NCBI GenBank assembly: GCA_964016885.1 | Contig: OZ024743.1 | Location: 238,576,001 to 238,640,000 of the forward strand | Source: Eledone cirrhosa | Taxonomy: Eukaryota | Reading direction: 5' to 3' | Length of the DNA stretch: 64,000 nt | In this document: positions 54,601-64,000 of the stretch, piece after piece | How the letters are laid out: every line of letters begins with the position of its first letter | Numbering within the stretch: the stretch's first letter is position 1 | Notes under the pieces: model-generated | Database searches by the model: none | What the model was told of the DNA's origin: nothing | What the model saw: the letters and a program-made list of their open reading frames with translations, nothing else | Translations under genes and position numbers: made by a program

Positions 54601-54739
54601 AAGTCTATATATTTTGTCGTACACAATAGCATTGAAAGACTGCAATATTTAGTAATATTACATAAATCAATTTTACAGAATATCGCATAATGATTGAATA
54701 TTACTAACTTAAATACGCCACTATAATATTTAATCATGA

Positions 54740-54950
54740 TTTCTACTATAGTCACAAGGCCAGCAATTTGGGAGGGAGGGGAGTCGATCAAATCGCCCTC
54801 AGTGCGTGACTGTTACTTCATTTTATCGACCCCGTAAGGATGAAAGGCAAAGCTAACCTCGGTGGGATTTGAACTGAGAACTTAAAGGGCCGTAACTCTA
54901 TGCCGCGAAGCATGTTGTCCGACGCTCCACCGATACTGCCAATGCACCAC
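54740..54950 (-). mobile_element. SINE family A copy
   Basis: Same core as the other family A copies. Confidence 0.88.
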
Positions 54951-56134
54951 TCTCACTATAATAATATTTGATAATAAACTCTTAAAAACTGCATCAGCAA
55001 TCTCTCTTGTGTATGTTTCTGCTGGACATTCATCGGCTCCGATGGCATGTGCTCCAGTCGTTTAATCAACTGAACAGCCTGCTCATGAAACTAGCGGGCA
55101 TGTGGCTGAACATTCCACCGGTATATATATCCTTAACGTAGTTAAGGATATTCGGCCTGACACCATTTTCAACAATGCTAGCTCTTTGAATTACTATATA
55201 CAATCCATCCAACGAGCTTCCATACAAATTCCCATGTCAATGGTGAAGTCACTTGCCCAAGATTCTTCAAATAGAACCGAACACGCAACCCCAAAGTGAA
55301 GCAAACTTCTGGTCTGTTCAGTTATTTTGCATTCAGAATAAATTGGAACTAAGCTTGGACTGAACAAAAACAACATCAACAACAATGAGGAACAACAATA
55401 ACAATCATAACAACATAACATAACAAAGAAAACATAGTCAACAACAAGGACATCGAAAACAGCATCAATAAGAACAATAGCAACAAAGACGACAACAACA
55501 TAATCAAGAACAATATCAACAACACCAACAATACTAACGACATCAACAACAAAAACAACATCAGCAACACCAAAGATAGTGACGATAACAAAACCTTGTG
55601 CATATATAGACATATGATGGAGTACTTGCGTGCTCATTCCACCTGCAAGAAATAGCAGCTAAATCCCTTCATATTCCACACTAGCCCCCCCCCCCCCTAC
55701 CAACACATCTACCACCAATAAACAAGTAAGACATTTTTATTCAATCAGTAAAGTAAATAGCTTGATAAAACAACTAAAAGATGGGATGGTCACACCTGGA
55801 ATACATTTGATCAAAGATCTCCTCAATAGTGGCCAGCCTGGGGCTAAACAATAAAAATAAAAACAGAAATGATAACAATATACAGCAGTGTACATTAATT
55901 ACATTTTTGGTGAAGTTGCAGCAAACTCTTCGTTATTTGAAGTACCAAAACTTCCAGAAGAATTTGATTAAAAAAAACTTTGTAGAAAATATTTACTTTA
56001 TTTTTTATTTATTTTTCTGTTTTTTTTTTGCAAAGAATATATACAATGCAGATTCTTCGAAGAAAAAGAATATATATGCGCGTATGTGTCTGTCTGTCAA
56101 TGTGTGTGTATATGTATGTGTACATATGCATATA

Positions 56135-56211
<77 letters not shown>

Positions 56212-56648
56212 AACCATTTACCATGTAAGGATAATTACTATTTTAATTATTTATGGAAAACTTTCTCACTTTTTATACTATACTTATAATATACACACAC
56301 ACACACACATATATATATATAAGTTTTCTTCGATATATCTATATGTGTATTTTTATTTTTTCAAAGATTCCATTGGTTTATTCTTGCCATAACTGTTTGT
56401 TGTGTTTATCTAGAGTTAGGTCAACAAGTGGGACACTGTATTTCTATAGCGGGTGGTAAACATCAGGATATGTTTGGTTTGGGAATTTATGTGTTGTTTT
56501 TCGTTATTGTTTTAATCAGTCTTATATTATTTTAGTTTTGTAAATTTTTTGTATCCGTATTAAAACTCCTCGGAGGTCACCATCATACAGGTTTCAGCTT
56601 TATCCATTCTAGTTAAAGTAAATGAACTTCCGTTGATTTCGACGATGA

Positions 56649-57067
56649 TCTACATGTGGAAAAACCTGGAGGGACTAGCACCTAACGTTGGCATCGGGAG
56701 CTGGACCAACCGTCAAAAATGACGTCACTGTGTCGTGCCAAAGATCCCGTCTTCAACAGCTAGAATAAGGAGCAGATATTGCAATAGCCTGGGATTCAAG
56801 GGCCCTCAACTCTTCAACAAGCTTCCGAGGGATCTGAGAGATCTGCATGGTGTAGAGGTGGATGTCTTCAAGAAACATCTCGACAACTTGCTATCCAGGA
56901 TCCCGGATGAGCCCACAGCAAGACACGAGGTAAACCTAAGGGCAGCAGCAACGAACTCCCTCTTACACCCGTGACCAACCAATACAGGCTGGAGATAAAA
57001 TGTGTAGCAAAAAGGGCGGTGCCCCAGCATGGCCTCAGCCGGATGGCTGGAACAGGTAAAAGAGTAA
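56649..57067 (+). mobile_element. CR1-group LINE, short 5'-truncated copy of the 52313-53375 family
   Basis: Reads PKIPSSTARIRSRYCNSLGFKGPQLFNKLPRDLRDL; same 3' UTR and ggtaaaagagtaa tail. Confidence 0.92.
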
Positions 57068-57094
57068 TATATATATGTATATATATATATATAA

Positions 57095-57139
<45 letters not shown>

Positions 57140-57382
57140 TATGAGAAAATTTGTTCCGAAAATATTGCCTGTGTCCGAAGAAACTGCAGATCTAGAATGA
57201 GACAGATCCATACAATGATCGTGTCTCGAGTTATCTGCCGGCGAAACAATTGTAACACACAATCAACTGAGTCCAGATGCATCACTGATTTTTCGTTTTA
57301 TATTATATCGCACTCTGTCCTGTAAGAACATAGAGTGGTCAACTGGCATACCGCCTATGGAAGCATCATAGCTACCATTAAA

Positions 57383-57501
<119 letters not shown>

Positions 57502-57609
57502 CACACTCTTATATGGATCAGAATTTTAGAATCCATATAGGTAACACATCAACAGACATACTGAACAGGTTGTTCTGATCCTCATACGTCAAAATCGATG
57601 AGAGAATTC

Positions 57610-57640
<31 letters not shown>

Positions 57641-57645
<5 letters not shown>

Positions 57646-58261
57646 TGTATTTATAGTGTATTTTGCAATACACTGTATGCTTAATTAAAAGCATTTCGAA
57701 GACCTTATGCTATTGTTTTAGAGTAGTGACAGACTCACTTACTTTAATTTCAGCAAACAGGGGGAGATAAAGCTGACAAGGCCTTGTTTCGCATTTATTG
57801 ATGCTTATCAAAGCCAACTACTCCTCCTGTTTGCTGAAATCATGGATGTTTGGTTCTTATAGAATTCTAGTAAATAATCAGGAACTGATTATACAGAGCG
57901 GTTGCCGGTCAAGCAGAAATTGAAAATTAGAATTGGTGCTTTGAAATAGCTATATATAGATGAATGTATATATAGTGTATTTTGCAGTTCCTGATTATTT
58001 ACTAGAATTCTATAAGAACCAAACATCCATGATTTCAGCAAACAGGAGAAGTAGTTGGCTTTGATAAGCATCAATAAATGCGAAACAAGGCGTTGTCAGC
58101 TTTATCTCCCCCTGTTTTCTGAAATTAAAGTGAGTCTGTCACTACTCTAAAACAATAGCATAAGGTCTTCGAAATGCTTTTAATTAAGCATACAGTGTAT
58201 TGCAAAATACACTATATATACATTCATATATATATAGCTATTTCAGAATACCAATTCTAAT
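57641..58261. mobile_element. Retrozyme-like hammerhead repeat (locus 2): 319-bp monomer + start of next unit + inverted arm
   Basis: atgaatgtat.tatagtgtattttgca occurs at 57641 and 57960, with an inversion at ~57985. A degenerate hammerhead gcu-UUGAUAA-gcau/augc-GAAAcaaggcguuGUC-agc lies at ~58058-58100. Confidence 0.8.
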
Positions 58262-58539
58262 ATCTCTCTCTATATATATATATATAGAAAAGATGAATAT
58301 AAAATGAAAGTGCTTTTATAAAGGAATTTATTTGGTATTGACATATGTTTCTGTAACAGACGGAATACCTATGTATCGCTGCTTGCGTAATCATATAATG
58401 TTAGCAAGTATTCGATAGCAAATGTATAAACAGTTGTCACTTCTTCAGAGATATTGGATAAATTGGAAAAAATCAGAAAAATTAAAGTATTTATATTAGT
58501 TGTAAGAAAGGAAGAAGAGAAGGGATAGTATCTCTAAAA

Positions 58540-59125
58540 AGAGAAAGACTAAGAATTATATAGAGAGAGATCGCTAAATTGCCTAATGCGGTCCCTAGGG
58601 CTTTGAAAATTTGAATTTCCTTTGCTCAGAACACTCCCTGACACATAAGTATTACATATGTAAAGTTTGAAAACAGTCGGTTGGATGATTCTCGAGTTTT
58701 GGGGATTCAAACTCACACACACACAGACAGACATCCTCAGTTTTATATATATACTAGCAGAATGGCCCGGCGTTACTCAGGATTTGCTCTAGGGTTCTTA
58801 TATATTTGATATATATTTATCCTTACTGAGCCTCGTGAAATAAATACGTTTATTTATATTTTGTTATTGTGTATGCAAAACTATCTGTACACGAATATAT
58901 AATTATATATATATATATATATCTTAAACAGAGAATGTCTGTCTGTCTGTCTGTCAGCTCACTAAAACTTGAGAACCACCCAACCAACTGTTTTCAAACT
59001 TTACACATGTAATACTTATGTTCCTCTGGGTGTTTTGAGCAAAGAATATTTCATATTTTCAACGCCCTAGGGACCGCATTAGGCGATTTAGCGATCTCTC
59101 TCTATAATTCTTGTCTTTCTTTTTA
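58540..59125. mobile_element. Cluster of non-autonomous Helitron ends (two divergent 5' ends, one 3' end)
   Basis: Minus-strand tatataaaactgaggatgtctgtctg ends at ~58752, with a plus-strand homolog from ~58915. A minus-strand 3' end, gagtaacgccgggccattctgCTAG|T, lies at 58754-58780. Another minus 5' end is at ~60445-60535. Confidence 0.72.
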
Positions 59126-59446
59126 ATACATAGATATAACGTTGCACCCTTATAATATATGTCTGTATGTCTGACTGTCTGCATTACGTCATTATGACGC
59201 GATCAGTGTGTGTGTGTATCGTAATGCAGACAGCAAGACATATAGCTTTCCTTCCCCTCTTCCAGCGTCTCTCTCTCTCTCGCTAAACCCCTCTTTTAGT
59301 CTGTCTGTTTCTTTCACTCTCACTCTTTCTCTTTATCACTCACACACATTAATACTAAAGGGTTAAGGTATTGTTCTCAAAATAAATAATATTAAATCTA
59401 TGAGATTTTATATTATGTGAGATAAAGCCTTTACCATGAAAATAAT

Positions 59447-59630
59447 TATTTCTACTTTAGGAACAAGGCCAGCAATTACCCAGTGCATTACTGGTACTTT
59501 ATTTTATCGACCCCGTAAGGATGAAAGGCAAAGTCAACCTCGGCGGGATTTGAACTCAGATCGTAAAGGGACGTAACTATGCTGGAAAGCATGGCGCCCG
59601 ACCCTCTACCGACACTGCCAATCCACCACC
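59447..59630 (-). mobile_element. SINE family A copy with 13-bp target-site duplication
   Basis: ccatgaaaataat occurs at 59434-59446 and 59631-59643. Confidence 0.95.
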
Positions 59631-59804
59631 CCATGAAAATAATATAGGATATATAGAGTAATGTAAATGCTAAAGGGTTAATTCCATCAGACCATGTGAG
59701 AGAGTTTATAATCACTCACGCACACATACACACTCACGCATGCAAACGCACACAAACTCACACACACGCGCGCGCACGTACACACACACACGCAATAGTT
59801 ATTC

Positions 59805-60197
59805 CACTGTCATGTATCTCACTCAGATGGTGAATGGGTGCTACACGAGAATGCTGAGGATGGCTCTGAACATTAATCAGTATACATTGAGGATAAAAAA
59901 CTCAGAGCTGTATGGGAGCATCCCAAAAGTCATCTCAAAAGTGACACAGAGGAGACTGAGGTTAGCTGGACATGCTCACCGACATCCAGAGTTGACATTG
60001 CACTCAGTGCTCTTGTGGGAGCCTCTACATGGACACACTGGAAGAAGAAGACCAAGGTTAACGTATGTTGATGCCCTAAGGACAGACACTGGTCTGTTGG
60101 AGACGCAGGACATGGCAGCGATAATGAGGGGCAGAGACCGCTGGAGAGAACTCGTCCATGGATCTCGGGAATTTTACCCGCCTTAAATAGATAGATG
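59805..60197 (+). mobile_element. RTE-group LINE extreme 3' fragment
   Basis: Reads GCYTRMLRMALNI...RRLRLAGHAHRH...LLWEP..GRRRPRLTYVD...RDRWR, with a short (atag)n tail after the stop. Confidence 0.88.
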
Positions 60198-60523
60198 TAC
60201 GGCGTCTGTCACTTTCTCTCTCTCTCTCTCTCCCGCTATCCCCCTCTTTTAGTCTGTATGTCTCTTTCACTCTCACTCTTTCTCTCTGTAACTCGTTCAC
60301 ATTTCTCCCCTCTATCGAAAAACGCTGTGACAAATGGGGAGAAGGAGGAGGAGAAGTAGAGAGCCACTGCTTCACTTCGCCTCTCCGTTTCTTTCTCTCC
60401 CCTCTCACTCCCTCATTATGTACAGACATTGGCCACTTCACTAATTCGATCCCTAGGTCAGAATAATTTGAAATTTTTTTTTGCTCGAGATTTAGGGAAA
60501 CAGACACACAGACAGACATCCTC

Positions 60524-60596
<73 letters not shown>

Positions 60597-60705
60597 TTAT
60601 TCCGGGTACAATCGGGGCTAACAACAGTAAGTAAGGCACTCAATACCACGCAGAGAATAAATGTTTAATATAGAAAAGCTTCTACACACACGCACACACA
60701 CGCAC

Positions 60706-60788
<83 letters not shown>

Positions 60789-60969
60789 ACCACACATACA
60801 CATATATATATACATATATATACACAGACACACACACATGTGTATGTATATATATATGTATATACATATAGATACATATATATGTATGTATATATACATA
60901 TATATATATATACACAGACACACGCACACATGTGTATGTATGTATACATGTATGCATATGTATATGTAT

Positions 60970-61003
<34 letters not shown>

Positions 61004-61295
61004 ATATACATACATACACATGTGTGAGTGTGTGTCTGTATATATATATGTATATATATTTTCCTATCTTCGGTTTGCTTTTATCCTTCTATGTTGTTTA
61101 CTTGTCCCCCTCGCTTTACGCGATTTACTGGTCCCAATAGCTTTTTTTAGTTATTGCTCGCACCAACCTGAGGTATATGATTTTTAATACGATGAAATAC
61201 CAATGATAGTTGGCAAATCACTGACGAGGGACTAATTTTATAATATGTAACCCATGTGCAACCACGCAGTATTCCTCTTTCTTCTCATGATATTT

Positions 61296-61386
<91 letters not shown>

Positions 61387-61711
61387 GTTGTGTGTATATG
61401 TGTGTGTGCAAATATATATATATATATATATATAAATATATATATGTGTGTGTGTGTGTGTGTGAATGTGCTTGTAGACACCTGAAATATAGTTTAAGAG
61501 AAACTTAACAATAAGGAGAGGTACCCCAAATTTGATCTTGTTTATAGAATTCTTTATGCCTTTGTCACCCTAAATAGAGCTTTAAAGAATTAGCTTTTAA
61601 AGAATTCCCCTTTCTTTAAACCCATCAACCAATGACCTCCACCCATCCCAATCACCACCCTCTCCTACCACCAGAAAAGATATAAATATGTATAATATAT
61701 ATACATATATA

Positions 61712-62056
61712 TAAGTTAAAATAATGAAATAAACATTCAAGTCATTAGAAATATACTTCACTGCTTTACGATCGTTTCTAAGTGATGATAATACATCGTA
61801 ACCATACTTGGTTATCGATCTATGAAAGGTTAGTTACAAAATATCAGATAAGGAACATATTTACTTACATGCATATCACAACAGCTGGTGATATGCATGT
61901 AAGTAAATATTTTTCTTATCTGATATTTTGTAACTAACCTTACATAGATTGATACGAAGCTTGGTTACGATGTATTGTCATCACTTAGAAACGACCGTAA
62001 ATCAGTGAAGTATATTTCTAAAGACTTGACATTTTATTTCATTGTTTTACCTTATA
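61712..62056. repeat. Long imperfect palindrome (~170-bp arms)
   Basis: The arms are reverse-complementary around ~61884, and each carries GAAACGA(T/C)CGTA. Confidence 0.9.
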
Positions 62057-62179
62057 ACATGACTCTATTTTCCTTTTAATGTTTTATTGTTTTCCGGGTT
62101 TTATTTTAACCTATATTTTCAACATATGGATTACATTGAGTTCTTCATGCAGACTAGACCCCACAACTTACCGTGGATA

Positions 62180-62231
<52 letters not shown>

Positions 62232-62237
<6 letters not shown>

Positions 62238-63033
62238 TGAGAATAAACGTGCTGCGGAGTTGCAAATGGGTTACATATGAATAAAGTGGTCCTTCATCAG
62301 TGATCTTCCAACCATCATCGGTATTTCTTCGCTTTAAAGACCATATACCTCCGGTTGGTGCGAGCAACGGCTAAAGAAGGTCGTTGGGACATGTAAATAA
62401 AGGGAACCGCGAGAGTGTAAACAAACAAAGATGGTGAAGCAACGAAAAGTGAAGAAGATCGAGTCAAGTCCAAACATTTCCATGAATATAAGTTCGGTGA
62501 AATCGTGAACGAGAGAGAATAAAGACCATCAAACCTGGTTGAAATGTGAGCAAGGAAGGAATTTCGCACAGGTCTAACGGGAGGAAGAAGGTGTCTAGTC
62601 TGTGAATTCGGTAAACATAAGTTCTGTGAAATCGTAGACGATAGAGAGAAAAAAATGCCGACCGGCCTGGCCAAGCGTGCGAAAGAAATGAATTACGCAC
62701 AGGTCAAACGGGAAGAAGGAGGAGGAGGAGAGGTAGTAACAGAGAGTGAGTGAGTGAAGGGTGAGGAAGAGGCTAACAGAGAGAGTGACTGTTAGAGAAG
62801 GCAAAGATACAGAGAAAGAGGAAGCAATACGAACGAAATAGACGGGTCAAAGCGGGAGAAAAAAATATGTGTAAATATGAGAATAAACGTGCTGCGGAGT
62901 TGCAAATGGGTTACATATGAATAAAGTGGTCCTTTATCAGTGATCTTCCAACCATCATCGGTATTTCTTCGCTTTAAAGACCATATACCTGCGGTTGGTG
63001 CGAGCAACGGCTAAAGAAATTCGTTGGGACATG

Positions 63034-63039
<6 letters not shown>
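62232..63039. mobile_element. Non-coding element with 168-bp terminal direct repeats (62232-62399 / 62872-63039) inserted in (TA)n
   Basis: The repeats are near-identical with a 640-bp period. There is an internal diverged duplication at 62465-62590 / 62597-62720. Confidence 0.8.
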
Positions 63040-63090
<51 letters not shown>

Positions 63091-63125
63091 ATACGTATAA
63101 ATGTATATACACATCTATCTATCTA

Positions 63126-63360
63126 CCCCTTCTCTGTGCTCCTGAGGAGAAGGGTTGCACACTTTTTTCGGGGGTGTGTGCGACCCCCCAAGGCGCCTCC
63201 TCTCTATTGAGGATTTTGTTAAAAATTTTATTTTTTGTTATATCTTATTTTATTTTTATATTTTGTTATTGCCTCCTCCTTATTGAGGACGCCTTTTTGT
63301 GTAAACTCCCCCCTTTGTACTTGTCCCACTTTTGATGCCCTAGTGGCAAATAAAAGAAAC
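63126..63360 (+). mobile_element. Tx1-family 3' UTR fragment between (ATCT)n tracts
   Basis: Similar to the reverse complement of 40973-41100 (ttgagg, ttgta.t.gtccc, gtggc.aa); ends aataaaagaaac. Confidence 0.6.
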
Positions 63361-63361
63361 A

Positions 63362-63405
<44 letters not shown>

Positions 63406-64000
63406 GGGTTAATCGGTCGATTTGACCTGGCCGATAGATATCGACTAGATTTTCCGACTGCGCCAACCTGGACTTGGGCAAATCGTAGCGGAACATCTAG
63501 GTCGTACCTAGATAGGTTCTTAGTTAGAATTAAGGATAAGGACTTTTTAAGTTGTCCAAAAATGCGCATGGTTGGCTATTCAGACCACAAATTAGTGACC
63601 TGCATGGTCAACCTTGACAGAACTCATAGACAGGGACCCGGTTACTGGAAGCTCAACTTGTCCTTACCGGCAAGTAAGGCTTACAGGAACCGGATTAGCA
63701 CTTTAGTTAAGGAGCGGTTGACGGGCGCCATCGTCAACAGCAGGTGGTGGGGATCTCTCAAAAGAGAGATTAGAGTAGTCTCTATAGAATTTAGTAAGGA
63801 GTTAGCCTCCAATAGAAATAGGAAGGAAAGGGAGTTGGTAGATAGTGTAGAAGAGGCAATTAGAAGCGGCGACGTGGCCAGAGTGCTAGCGTCGAGAACG
63901 GCTTTGAGCCAGTTTTTCGACGCGAAGCACGAAGGCTGCGTTGTCCGAAGTAAAATACGTGCTCTAGGGAACGAGGGGACCAAAGCTGTTAGCTGGGCCC
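63406..64000 (+). CDS. L1/Tx1 ORF2 (APE endonuclease C-terminus onward), 5'-truncated, open to the window end
   Basis: Manual translation is open for 198 codons: GLIGRFDLADRYR...TWTWANRSGTSRSYLDRFLV...YSDHKLV...GPGYWKLNLSL...WWGSLKREIR. Confidence 0.88.

Overview
This is very AT-rich, microsatellite-saturated eukaryotic DNA. The SINE families, the (TA)n/(CA)n density and the LINE repertoire match my recollection of octopod cephalopod (Octopus) genomes; this is an inference, not a database result. I could not support any host protein-coding exon, and most ORFs in the track are translations of simple repeats. The window is a mosaic of transposable-element remnants. Non-LTR retroelements include R4/Dong, several RTE, CR1-group and L1/Tx1 fragments, many tRNA-type SINE copies (two with clear TSDs), and numerous Penelope-like element (PLE) fragments. 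DNA transposons include an internally deleted mariner with 102-bp TIRs, a 4.35-kb Helitron with a broken RepHel gene, and a 3.66-kb element with ~290-bp TIRs and a divergent hAT-like DDE transposase nested in a Tx1 element. The most striking signal not explained by the ORF track is a dense set of about 10 type I hammerhead ribozyme motifs. They include a non-coding ~319-bp circularly permuted hammerhead monomer (retrozyme-like, two loci) and several hairpin elements in which a hammerhead appears to have been converted into a near-perfect palindrome.
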